Shown piece after piece: positions 9,275 to 17,290 of a stretch of 35,414 nucleotides of DNA. Numbering within the stretch: the stretch's first letter is position 1; each line of letters opens with the position of its first letter. The notes under the pieces are model-generated. The model saw only the letters and a program-made list of their open reading frames with translations, ran no database searches and was not told the origin of the DNA. A program made the translations under genes and the position numbers. Origin of the DNA: a virus (lineage: Duplodnaviria > Caudoviricetes); IMG/VR virus record IMGVR_UViG_3300032290_000948, positions 1-35,414 of that record. One strand, written 5' to 3'.

Positions 9275-11017
9275 ATGGCACTGCAGCACCTGCGCTCGAG
9301 CACCGCAAACAAGCGCCCCGTGCCCGGCAACATGTCGGACGGCCAGCTGGGTGTGAACACCAACAGCGCCAGCCCCGGCCTGTTCTTCAAGGACAGCAAC
9401 GGCAACCTAGTGAAGGTTGGCCCTGTGCATGTCGGCACCACCGCGCCGAACGTGTCGCCAGCAGTGGGCGGCACGGCCGGTAACAGCGTGGGCGAACAGT
9501 GGCTCGACACCAGCAGCAGCCGCTACGTGTTCAAGGTGTGGGATGGAACGGCCTGGCGCAGCGAGGCCGGCGAATTCGTGGATGTGGCGGGCGACGTGAT
9601 GACCGGCGCGCTCGGCATCATCGCGGGCTCGGCTGCGTCGCCGGGGCTGTACGTGAGCGGCGACACCAACACCGGCATCTATTCCCCTGGAGCCGACACG
9701 CTCTCCCTGACCACGGGCGGCACTGAGCGGATGCGGATTGATTCCAGTGGCCGAGTAGGTATCAGCACAGTCCCCGGTGTTGAAAACTTTGGCGTAAACA
9801 GGAATATCAGCGGAGGCACTACCGCTTTCAGTATTTATACGGCTGGCGTAATTCAATCAGATGTAATCACTCAGGCTTCGTATTACGCGGTTGCCTCACA
9901 AACTGCTGCCGCAGCATTCACGCTTGGTGATTTGCGTTGTTTTAATGCAACACAAGGCACATTCGGAGCTGGATCCGCTGTAACAAACCAATACGGATAT
10001 TTTGCTGCTGCTAGCTTAATAGGCGCCACCAATAACTACGGCTTCTTCAGCAACATTCCGTCAGGAACCGGCCGCTGGAACTTCTACTCCGGTGGCACCG
10101 CTGATAGTTACTTCGCCAGCAATAACTTCATCTTTGCGAATGGTGGCACTGAGAAAGCCCGCATCGACTCCTCAGGCAGGATGCTGGTAGGGACGAGCAC
10201 GGCGCTTACAACGTTTTTTGGCACTGCTGTTGACAAAGTAGCTATTGCTGGCGGGGCAGCTCCCCAGGTCATTGGTTGCTATGTAAATAATCAATTTGGA
10301 GCACGAGTAGATTTTGTTAAGTCTCGTTCGGGGACGGTCAACGGTCAAACGGTTGTTCAAGTAAATGATACGTTGGGCGAGATTTATTTTGGCGGGTCTG
10401 ATGGCACTGCTCCGATAGCTGCTGCAAGAATTCTTACCGAAGTAGACGGCACCCCCGGCACCAACGACATGCCGGGGCGTTTGGTCTTCAGCACCACTGC
10501 TGACGGCGCCGCATCGCCCACCGAACGCCTGCGCATCACCAGCGACGGCTACGTGCGGCTCTCCTCCAGCAGCCCCGGCATCCAGTTCGGCGGCGACACC
10601 GCGGCGGCGAATGCGTTGGATGACTACGAGGAGGGCACCTTCACGCCGACCATCGTGGGCACATCCACCGCGGGCGCCGCGACCTACGCGGCGAACGGGC
10701 AGGCGGGCCGCTACACGAAGATCGGCAACCGAGTGTTCTTCGATCTCTACCTCAGCTGGACCGCTCACACCGGCACCGGCGACCTGCAGATCAACGGCCT
10801 GCCCTTCACGGTGCAGAACACCACCAACATGAACCGCAACTACAGCGCCATCTTAAGCGGCGTTGCCCTGACCGCTGGCAACATTGGCGCTGCGTTCTCA
10901 TCGCCCAACACCACCACGATCGCGCTTCGTCAGATGCCGACCGGTGGCGGTTCTGTCGCGACCATCCCGATGGACACCAGCGCGCAGATCTCCATCTCGG
11001 GCTGCTTTGAGGTTTAA
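9275..11017 (+). CDS. Tail fibre / receptor-binding protein
   Basis: GDVMTGAL, GIYSPGAD, ERMRIDSSGR repeats, GTPGTNDMPGRLVFSTT, ANALDDYEEGTFTP fibre motifs; AGGA upstream. Confidence 0.85.
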   Translation: MALQHLRSSTANKRPVPGNMSDGQLGVNTNSASPGLFFKDSNGNLVKVGPVHVGTTAPNVSPAVGGTAGNSVGEQWLDTSSSRYVFKVWDGTAWRSEAGEFVDVAGDVMTGALGIIAGSAASPGLYVSGDTNTGIYSPGADTLSLTTGGTERMRIDSSGRVGISTVPGVENFGVNRNISGGTTAFSIYTAGVIQSDVITQASYYAVASQTAAAAFTLGDLRCFNATQGTFGAGSAVTNQYGYFAAASLIGATNNYGFFSNIPSGTGRWNFYSGGTADSYFASNNFIFANGGTEKARIDSSGRMLVGTSTALTTFFGTAVDKVAIAGGAAPQVIGCYVNNQFGARVDFVKSRSGTVNGQTVVQVNDTLGEIYFGGSDGTAPIAAARILTEVDGTPGTNDMPGRLVFSTTADGAASPTERLRITSDGYVRLSSSSPGIQFGGDTAAANALDDYEEGTFTPTIVGTSTAGAATYAANGQAGRYTKIGNRVFFDLYLSWTAHTGTGDLQINGLPFTVQNTTNMNRNYSAILSGVALTAGNIGAAFSSPNTTTIALRQMPTGGGSVATIPMDTSAQISISGCFEV

Positions 11018-11055
11018 CCTACGTTCACCCCTAATCAGACCGGAGGCCTGATCGG

Positions 11056-11316
11056 ATGGCACTGACCAAACAATCCATCGTGGACAAGATCGAGGTGGTG
11101 GGCCCCTACAGCCACCTGCAGGTCCGCGTCTGCGAGCGCGTGCTCGAGGACGGCGAGGTGATCGCCGAGAAGTTCCACCGGCACATCATCACCCCCGGCG
11201 CCGACACCAGCGGCGAAGATCCGCGCGTGCAGGCGATCGCCGGCATTCTCCACACGCCTGAGGTAATCTCCGCCTATCAGGCCTCTCTCACCACCGCCGA
11301 GGCTCCTGCAGAATGA
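11056..11316 (+). CDS. Tail-fibre-associated small protein
   Basis: DKIEVV...LQVR....V.EDG..I...FHRH.I.PG pattern often found after such fibres; GGAGG upstream. Confidence 0.65.
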   Translation: MALTKQSIVDKIEVVGPYSHLQVRVCERVLEDGEVIAEKFHRHIITPGADTSGEDPRVQAIAGILHTPEVISAYQASLTTAEAPAE

Positions 11317-11630
11317 CCACCACCACCTTCACCTGGGCGATCGCGAACATGGACCGTCAGCTTGCTGATGGCGCCGTGACCACCCTGCACTGGACGCTCT
11401 CGGCGCATGACGGCACCTACAGCGCAGGCGCCTATGGGTCGATCGGTTTCGAGGCTCCTGACCCCGACGCCATGATCCCCTTCGCTGATCTCAGCGAGGA
11501 GACCTGCGTCAGCTGGGTGAAATCCCAGTTCGGCGAGGAGAAGGTCGCCGAGATCGAGGCCGCACTCCAGCAGCAGCTCGATCAGCAGCGCCAGCCCGTC
11601 ACCGGCCAAGGCCTCCCCTGGGCTAGCTGA
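11313..11630 (+). CDS. Tail-fibre-associated small protein
   Basis: TW.I..MDR...DG.V...HW...IPF.DL.EE....WV...G.PW pattern; ATGA overlap. Confidence 0.65.
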   Translation: MTTTTFTWAIANMDRQLADGAVTTLHWTLSAHDGTYSAGAYGSIGFEAPDPDAMIPFADLSEETCVSWVKSQFGEEKVAEIEAALQQQLDQQRQPVTGQGLPWAS

Positions 11631-11767
11631 TGGCCGTCAGATCCAAGACCGGCACCGCGCGCCTCGATCACCAACCGGGGCCGCCCAAGACCACCAGCCA
11701 GGGGTTCGGCCAACACAGCCGGCCCCGGCGCCGTGGGAAGAAGCCCCTCCGCGGGCAGGGCCGGTAA
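11630..11767 (+). CDS. Small basic protein, 45 aa (MAVRSKTGTARLDHQPGPPKTTSQGFGQHSRPRRRGKKPLRGQGR); not in ORF track
   Basis: Translated by hand; coupled at both ends (TGATG, TAATG); KK..RGQGR end resembles small cyanophage proteins. Confidence 0.65.
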   Translation: MAVRSKTGTARLDHQPGPPKTTSQGFGQHSRPRRRGKKPLRGQGR

Positions 11768-11928
11768 TGGACCGCGACACGCTCGAAAACTGGCGCAAGA
11801 TCCGCGACCACATGGAGCGTGTGGGACAAACTGACAACCACTACTACAAGCGTGCCCTTGCTATCCTCGCCGGCGGGCGCGATCCTTTCGACGATGACCC
11901 CATAGCTAGCATCACTCGGACGACGTGA
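11767..11928 (+). CDS. Small protein, 53 aa (MDRDTLENWRKIRDHMERVGQTDNHYYKRALAILAGGRDPF...); not in ORF track
   Basis: Translated by hand; TAATG coupling; ENW.K....E..G.TD..YYKRA.AI..G..DP resembles a picocyanobacterial/cyanophage small-protein family. Confidence 0.7.
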   Translation: MDRDTLENWRKIRDHMERVGQTDNHYYKRALAILAGGRDPFDDDPIASITRTT

Positions 11929-11934
11929 GGCCCG

Positions 11935-12195
11935 ATGGAGAGAGAGGTGTCTCACAACGACATCTACCGGGAGCTCGGCGAGCTCAAAGGCTTGATGTCC
12001 TCGATTGTCTTGCGCGGCCAGAAGGACGACGAAGAGAAAAAGGATATTTTCGGCCGCCTCAACAAGCTTGAAACCCGCATGGCGCAGGTGCTGCTTGTCG
12101 CTGTGCTCGCTGGTGTGCTGCTGCCACCCGTGACCTCCTTTCTAGGCCAGCACTTGCACCTCACCCTGCGTACCCCAGCAGCAACTCTCAAGTAG
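11935..12195 (+). CDS. Coiled-coil plus single-TM protein, holin/antiholin candidate
   Basis: Amphipathic helix followed by hydrophobic VLLVAVLAGVLL; upstream of endolysins. Confidence 0.55.
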   Translation: MEREVSHNDIYRELGELKGLMSSIVLRGQKDDEEKKDIFGRLNKLETRMAQVLLVAVLAGVLLPPVTSFLGQHLHLTLRTPAATLK

Positions 12196-12210
12196 CCTGA
12201 GGAGAGCTAT

Positions 12211-12366
12211 ATGACCCCCGAAATGGACCCCGCTACCGTTGCCGCCGTTGCCATCATCGTTGCCGCAGGCTCCGAGCTCATCGCGCTGAGCCCGCTCAAG
12301 TCCAACAGCTGGCTGCAGCTCATCATGCAGATGCTGCGCCTCGCCTTCCCTAAGCGTCGCGCCTGA
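12211..12366 (+). CDS. Small holin-like membrane protein, 51 aa (MTPEMDPATVAAVAIIVAAGSELIALSPLKSNSWLQLIMQMLRLAFPKRRA); not in ORF track
   Basis: Translated by hand; GGAG upstream; hydrophobic N-half, basic C-tail, two possible starts; directly before endolysin. Confidence 0.65.
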   Translation: MTPEMDPATVAAVAIIVAAGSELIALSPLKSNSWLQLIMQMLRLAFPKRRA

Positions 12367-12370
12367 AAGG

Positions 12371-13072
12371 ATGGCCAGGCTGACCGACCACGTCAAGCAC
12401 AGCGATCTGACGTTGTCGCATCACATCGCGTTCTGGAACGCGGTCGAAGGAAAGCTGCCGCCCGGTTCCCTCGAACCCGCCGGTGAACTCGGCAGCATCT
12501 GGTCGGCAGCGGTGGCACCCAAACCGCCGTTGCCGACCAACCCCATCAAGGTGCCCTACTACAGCCAGCGCGACTCCGGCACGGCGCATGCCCACCGGAT
12601 GTGCTTCTCGAGCAGCTGCGCCATGCTCCTCGAGGCGCTGAAGCCCGGCACGCTGATCGGCTCCAACGGCGACGACACCTACCTCGGCCGGGTGTTTCGC
12701 TACGGCGACACCACTGACAGCCAGGCGCAGATCAAGGCGCTCGCCAGCTTCGGCATCACGGCTCGCTTTGTGACCAACGGCAACTTCAGCACGATCGAGA
12801 AGCAAATCAAGGCCGGCATTCCCGTGCCCTGTGGTTTCCTCCACAAAGGCCCTGCCAGTCATCCCGTGGGTGGTGGCCACTGGCTCACCGTGATCGGCTT
12901 CAACCGCGATGCCCTGGTGGTCAACGATCCCTACGGTGATCTGGATCTCGTCAACGGCACCTACCTGAACAACAAAGGTGCCGGCCTGAGCTACAGCCGC
13001 AAGAATTTCGGCCCACGCTGGATGCCGGATGGCACAGGCACTGGTTGGTGCATCATCGCTGAACGGCCATGA
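12371..13072 (+). CDS. Peptidase C39-like protein, probable endolysin
   Basis: VPYYSQRD...MCFSSSCAM (Cys), GGGHW (His), NDPYG (Asp) papain-fold triad; lysis-module position. Confidence 0.8.
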   Translation: MARLTDHVKHSDLTLSHHIAFWNAVEGKLPPGSLEPAGELGSIWSAAVAPKPPLPTNPIKVPYYSQRDSGTAHAHRMCFSSSCAMLLEALKPGTLIGSNGDDTYLGRVFRYGDTTDSQAQIKALASFGITARFVTNGNFSTIEKQIKAGIPVPCGFLHKGPASHPVGGGHWLTVIGFNRDALVVNDPYGDLDLVNGTYLNNKGAGLSYSRKNFGPRWMPDGTGTGWCIIAERP

Positions 13073-13341
13073 ACCGCGCAGTGCAGCAGGCGATCGTCAC
13101 AGGCATCGGCGTGGGCTTCGCCTACCAGCTGGGCCTCGCCGGCGCTCAGATCGCCGTCTGCGAGCGCATGCGCTCCGGTCAGTGCTCCGCTGAATGGGAC
13201 AAGGGCTTCACCGTCAGCTCCGGCCTGCTCAGCACCCTGCTCGCCTACTTCATCGACTCCCCCAGCGCACCAGCCATCCCACCGCGGAGATCACGGCATG
13301 TTCGATCGTCAGAAACTGATCCAACAACTCCGTCGTCATGA
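13069..13341 (+). CDS. Small two-TM membrane protein
   Basis: Two hydrophobic segments separated by a C-x7-C loop; ATGA overlap; lies between the endolysins. Confidence 0.5.
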   Translation: MNRAVQQAIVTGIGVGFAYQLGLAGAQIAVCERMRSGQCSAEWDKGFTVSSGLLSTLLAYFIDSPSAPAIPPRRSRHVRSSETDPTTPSS

Positions 13342-13720
13342 AGGCGAACGGCTGAAGCCTTACCGCTGCACCGCCGGCAAGCTGACCATCGGCGTCGGTC
13401 GCAACCTGGATGATCGCGGCATCACCGCCGCAGAGTCGGCCTATCTGCTCAGCAACGACATCGACCGGGTATGGACCGAACTGCAAGCGAGACTTCCGTG
13501 GGTGACTGGGCTGAACGATGTGCGGCAGCGTGTCTTGCTCGACATGGCCTTCAATCTCGGAATCGATGGCCTGCTGAAGTTCCGCAACACCCTGGCCACC
13601 ATCCAGGCCGGCAGCTACCAGAAGGGCGGGGAGATGATGCTGGACAGCCTCTGGGCGAAGCAGGTGGGGATGAGAGCGCAGCGACTCTCGAGGATGATGC
13701 AGACGGGCACCGATGGATAG
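13298..13720 (+). CDS. T4-like lysozyme (GH24) endolysin
   Basis: HEG..LKPY.C..GKLTIGVGRNL with E-x8-C-x5-T triad; DMAFNLG, EMMLDS.WAKQV..RA.RL. Confidence 0.9.
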   Translation: MFDRQKLIQQLRRHEGERLKPYRCTAGKLTIGVGRNLDDRGITAAESAYLLSNDIDRVWTELQARLPWVTGLNDVRQRVLLDMAFNLGIDGLLKFRNTLATIQAGSYQKGGEMMLDSLWAKQVGMRAQRLSRMMQTGTDG

Positions 13721-13737
13721 ACCCGGTCAACCGGAAG

Positions 13738-13902
13738 GTGGCACCAGGGCTGTGGAAGCTGTTCGTGCCAGGCCGCGGCACCGTCTGGATGGCGGCCTGG
13801 GCTGGTGAGACGCGGCGAACGTTTCACGAGCAGTTTGCGCGGCTGTGGCTGGAGCAGCGGCAGTCGCAAAACGTAATTGGACCCGACGCTAATGACGGGT
13901 AA
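13738..13902 (+). CDS. Possible small hypothetical protein (GTG start uncertain)
   Basis: 3' part of ORF 13471..13902 fills the gap between lysozyme and dcd. Confidence 0.35.
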   Translation: MAPGLWKLFVPGRGTVWMAAWAGETRRTFHEQFARLWLEQRQSQNVIGPDANDG

Positions 13903-13928
13903 CCTGAGGCCGACACCATAGAACTGCT

Positions 13929-14450
13929 GTGATCCTTCACGATCGAGAGGTCCGCCGCCTTTGCGAAGAGGAGCGGATGATTGTGCCGTTTGATGTTGAG
14001 CAGCTGAACCCGGCTAGCTATGACCTGCTGCTGGGCAATCACCTGATGGTCGAATCCGTTGCATCGCCTGAACTGGTGCGGGTCGACATCAGCGACTGCA
14101 CCAAGGACAGTCCTTACATGCTGCCTCCTGGCGCCTGGGTGCTGGCAGAAACCTGGGAGACATTCAACATGCCCGACGACATCGCCGGACTGTTCTTCCT
14201 GAAGTCCAGCCGGGCACGCGAAGGTTTCGAGCACAGCCATGCCGGTTTCGCCGATCCGCAATGGACGGGATCCAAGCTCACGCTCGAGATTTCCAACGCC
14301 CGTCAACTGCACCCGCTGCCGCTGTATCCAGGCATGAAGATCGGCCAGATGGTCTTTCATCTGCTGGCTGGCATCCCAGACATCTCCTACGCAGCCGTGG
14401 GACATTACAACAACCACTCGCAGGTGATGCCTTCATGGGAGTCGAACTGA
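13929..14450 (+). CDS. dcd: dCTP deaminase
   Basis: MIL.D..I/V, LNPASYDL.LG, KSSRAREG, AGF.DP...G..LTLE..N, LYPGMKIGQMVF. Confidence 0.92.
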   Translation: MILHDREVRRLCEEERMIVPFDVEQLNPASYDLLLGNHLMVESVASPELVRVDISDCTKDSPYMLPPGAWVLAETWETFNMPDDIAGLFFLKSSRAREGFEHSHAGFADPQWTGSKLTLEISNARQLHPLPLYPGMKIGQMVFHLLAGIPDISYAAVGHYNNHSQVMPSWESN

Positions 14451-15058
14451 TCCACTGCACGCCCGACGCCGAGCGCTTGATCGTCAAGATGGCACGGGTG
14501 TCGGCACCGGAAAATGCCGACAACATGGAGACCGGCCCACGGCTGCTGCGCTACCTGATCAAGCACCGGCATTGGAGTCCATTTGAGATGGCATCGATGT
14601 GCGTCCAGATCGAAACTGAGCGCGACATTGCCGCTCAGATCCTGCGCCACCGGAGCTTCAGCTTTCAGGAGTACAGCACCCGCTATGCCAAGACCGTACC
14701 GGCCGAGATCCCTGCGCTCAGGCGCCAGGACACCAAGAACCGGCAGAACAGCTTCGACGATCTTGAGCTCGAGCTAGCCGACCAGCTGATGACGAAGGCC
14801 GGCGGAGCGATCGTTGCCGCCTACCGGGCCTACGACGACATGCTTGAGGCCGGCGTTGCCAAGGAATGCGCCCGGCGCATTCTGCCGCTCTGCACGCCCA
14901 CGACGCTGTTCATGCACGGCACCTTGCGATCGTGGCTGCACTACATCGACGTGCGCACCGACCCCGGCACCCAGCTCGAGCACCGGCAAATTGCCGAAGC
15001 TAGCCGCGAGATCTTTCGGCAGCAGTTCCCGATCATCGCGGAGGCGGCATGGGCATGA
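14435..15058 (+). CDS. thyX: Flavin-dependent thymidylate synthase (start reassigned to ATG 14435)
   Basis: ThyX signature RHRSFSFQEYSTRY; HWSPFE, GVAKECAR..LP, TQ.EHR. Confidence 0.95.
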   Translation: MGVELIHCTPDAERLIVKMARVSAPENADNMETGPRLLRYLIKHRHWSPFEMASMCVQIETERDIAAQILRHRSFSFQEYSTRYAKTVPAEIPALRRQDTKNRQNSFDDLELELADQLMTKAGGAIVAAYRAYDDMLEAGVAKECARRILPLCTPTTLFMHGTLRSWLHYIDVRTDPGTQLEHRQIAEASREIFRQQFPIIAEAAWA

Positions 15059-15366
15059 GATTCGCATCCCGCACTGGTGAGTTCAGTCCCCGCGAAGGCC
15101 TCGAGATGGCCTATGAGCTGTTTGCCGATGGTCGCCCCCGAGAGGCGGCCATGATGTTCCTCGCCTACGCCGATCAGGACAACGACCTCGGCATGGTCAG
15201 CCAGAGCGAGTACGAGGCGCTCGCCGATCACTTGAAAGAGATGATGGCTATCGTCGCGGTCTACAACCTGATCATCGACCGTCAGCTGCAGCCGGTGCTC
15301 ACCGACGAAATGGAGCCCGCCTATCAGCAGTCGCCCTGGTACGACGAGAACTACAGGCCGAGCTGA
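15049..15366 (+). CDS. Hypothetical acidic protein
   Basis: GC3-biased ORF coupled to thyX (alternative start 15055); converges on the integrase. Confidence 0.6.
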   Translation: MGMRFASRTGEFSPREGLEMAYELFADGRPREAAMMFLAYADQDNDLGMVSQSEYEALADHLKEMMAIVAVYNLIIDRQLQPVLTDEMEPAYQQSPWYDENYRPS

Positions 15367-16457
15367 TCGGCGACGCTTCGCGCCATGTCCTTGGCGCCAT
15401 CCTCAATCAGGTGGGCATAGCGACTGGTGGTGAGCGGGCTGGCGTGGCCAAGCAGGCCGCCGACTTGTGGCAGGGTCAGGCCGGCCCTAGTGAGCGCGAC
15501 TGAAGCAAAATGGTGTCGCAGATCGTGTACCAGCAGGCCGTCAATCTGCGCCATGCGCATCAGCTCTTCCCATAGCTTCTGGTAGCCCACCAAGTGGCTA
15601 CTACGATCGCCTGCGATAATCCATTCAGTGTTTGACCTGAGTCTCAGTTCTCTCAAGATGCGAACTGCTGCAGGAGGAAGATGTACTACACGCTTTTTTC
15701 CGGTCTGGCCGCCGGTCTTGTGACCCTCAGCGGGAATCACCATCACAGCTGCCTGCTCGTCGACCCACTCCCACCGTCCGCGGCATATTTCACCAACTCG
15801 ACAGCCAGTCAGCATCAGCAGCCGTACCAGTTGAGCGAAGCGCCAGCGCAGTGGCGTGGTGGCTATCGCGTCCAGTGCGGCAACCAGCCGATCCCGCTCT
15901 TCGTTTGACAGGTAGCGCTGCCGCTTGCGCTCGCCGTTGCTCGGGATCTTGGCACAGGGGTTTGCATCGCACAGGCCCCACAGCATGGCGAGGTTGAATG
16001 CCTTGCGCAGGACCGCCAGCGTTCGGTTGGCCTGAGTGTGGCTGATGTTTCGCAGCAGCTGCATGACCTGCGCCGTCGTGATCGACCGCACCTTGGCGGC
16101 GCCCCAGGCTGGGATGATGTGAACATCCCAGATGCTTCGGTAGCCGGCGCGGGTGCTCGCTCGCAGCTTTGGGTAGTGCTCGGCCTGCAGGCGCTGGCAC
16201 AGATCGGCCATGCTTGGGCCGCGGCGGAGCTCCTGGCGGGCACTGGTGGGCGCTTGACCGCGAGCAACGGCTGCGAGCAGCTTGTAGGCCTCCTCGCGGG
16301 CCAGCGTGCGACCGATCACGCCAACCCGGCCGATCCTGTGGTGCTGCTGCTTGCCGGTGGGCTCCCGGTAGCGCAGATACCAGGTCTCGACGCCGCTCGG
16401 GAGCCTCAGGATGCCGAGGCCGGTGACTTTCGAATCTGCAATCCATTCGCGCACCAT
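15351..16457 (-). CDS. int: Tyrosine integrase with N-terminal arm-binding domain
   Basis: LTGCR..EI (R), HKTG (K), HDLRH (HxxR), LLGH, RYAH (Y) all intact; N-terminal D....GL.......G..TW..RYR...G.Q...IG arm domain. Confidence 0.95.
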   Translation of the reverse strand: MVREWIADSKVTGLGILRLPSGVETWYLRYREPTGKQQHHRIGRVGVIGRTLAREEAYKLLAAVARGQAPTSARQELRRGPSMADLCQRLQAEHYPKLRASTRAGYRSIWDVHIIPAWGAAKVRSITTAQVMQLLRNISHTQANRTLAVLRKAFNLAMLWGLCDANPCAKIPSNGERKRQRYLSNEERDRLVAALDAIATTPLRWRFAQLVRLLMLTGCRVGEICRGRWEWVDEQAAVMVIPAEGHKTGGQTGKKRVVHLPPAAVRILRELRLRSNTEWIIAGDRSSHLVGYQKLWEELMRMAQIDGLLVHDLRHHFASVALTRAGLTLPQVGGLLGHASPLTTSRYAHLIEDGAKDMARSVADQLGL

Positions 16458-16497
16458 TCGCGCAGATCTCCGTGATTTTGGGTGAATCTGCGCGAAC
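16443..16497. repeat. Putative integrase arm-type sites, left arm
   Basis: CCATTCGCGCA in perfect tandem (16443-16453, 16454-16464) plus inverted copy ATCTGCGCGAA (16486-16496). Confidence 0.7.
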
Positions 16498-16581
16498 GAG
16501 CGGTAAAAAGCAATAGCGAATATGCGTGATGATTCATGGGTTTAATGAAAAGCCGGTAAGTTCCGTGAGGACTTTTCAAGC

Positions 16582-16628
16582 GACTTTTAATCAGTAGGTC
16601 GTGGGTTCGACCCCCACAGCGCTCACCA
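16582..16628 (+). mobile_element. attP core: 3' half of a tRNA-Lys(UUU) gene
   Basis: GA-CTTTTAA-TCAGT anticodon loop, AGGTC variable loop, GTGGG-TTCGACC-CCCAC T-arm, AGCGCTC-A-CCA end; no D-arm or 5' acceptor strand upstream; 125 bp from int start. Confidence 0.88.
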
Positions 16629-16692
16629 TAAATAGCAGACAAAACAGTAACTTAATAGAAATTAAGTTAAGTCGCGAGCCCTGTGCTTGCAA

Positions 16693-16714
16693 CCGTTCGC
16701 GCACTATTCGCGCA
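16693..16714. repeat. Putative integrase arm-type sites, right arm
   Basis: CCGTTCGCGCA-CTATTCGCGCA tandem, same 11-mer family as the left arm. Confidence 0.7.
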
Positions 16715-16800
16715 CTTCCCAATCCCGCAGTGATCCCAAAGAAATCCTTGGCCACCAGTGCGTTTGGCTACCGTCTCTGAAGGCCTTGCCGGGGCGCTTC

Positions 16801-17034
16801 ATGGCGACCTACCTCCTCGAAGTGACGGCCAAGGTCGTGGTGCATAGCGACGAGGACTCGATTGAGGACTTCCTCGCCAACACTTACTCGCGCATCGCCG
16901 AGTTCGTCCCAGACGACGAGCACATCGTCGACCTAGAGCTGGATGCCTTTCCCCTACCCCAGGAAACAGGTGGATCACCAGATTTCGGAGACGGAGCTGA
17001 TCCCCAGGAAGGAGGCAAAGCTCCGGTTCCGTGA
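16801..17034 (+). CDS. Hypothetical acidic protein (start reassigned to ATG 16801)
   Basis: Coding-like composition starts at MATYLLEV; TACCGT -10-like box at 16769. Confidence 0.55.
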   Translation: MATYLLEVTAKVVVHSDEDSIEDFLANTYSRIAEFVPDDEHIVDLELDAFPLPQETGGSPDFGDGADPQEGGKAPVP

Positions 17035-17287
17035 CCAGATCCTCTTGGCATGGGACCACCGCTGCGCCTACTGCAGGGAGCAACTTGGGAAGTCGGCAAC
17101 CCTTGACCACGTTGTGCCAAAGGTAAAGGGAGGAGCCACTGAGCGCCGAAACCTTGTTGCCTGTTGCCTTTTTTGTAATTCGCTTAAGTCAGGAAGAGAC
17201 TGGCTGGAGTTCTATCGGTCTCAACCGTTCCATAGCGAGCTGCAAGAACAGGCGATCCTTGACTGGCTTTCTCGAGATATTGGATAG
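16970..17287 (+). CDS. HNH endonuclease (GTG start likely)
   Basis: CAYC...TLDHVVPK.KGG.....NLV.CC..CN..K. Confidence 0.9.
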   Translation: MDHQISETELIPRKEAKLRFRDQILLAWDHRCAYCREQLGKSATLDHVVPKVKGGATERRNLVACCLFCNSLKSGRDWLEFYRSQPFHSELQEQAILDWLSRDIG

Positions 17288-17290
17288 CTC

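Noticed and set aside
9275-11017. Diversity-generating retroelement or invertible fibre cassette
   Set aside because: No reverse transcriptase, no TR/VR pair, no invertase and no flanking inverted repeats seen in the window
14261-14434. N-terminal extension of ThyX (also the extensions of RecE 28434-28517, VRR-NUC 30544-30804 and several small ORFs)
   Set aside because: Longest-ORF artefacts overlapping upstream genes or promoter regions; family-like sequence starts at downstream starts
16555-16628. Complete tRNA-Lys gene
   Set aside because: No 5' acceptor strand complementary to AGCGCTC, no D-arm, and the 5' anticodon stem is broken (AGCGA vs TCAGT); it is an att core only
16458-16800. 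Prophage boundary (attL/attR)
   Set aside because: Phage-type genes and arm repeats lie on both sides and no host genes are present
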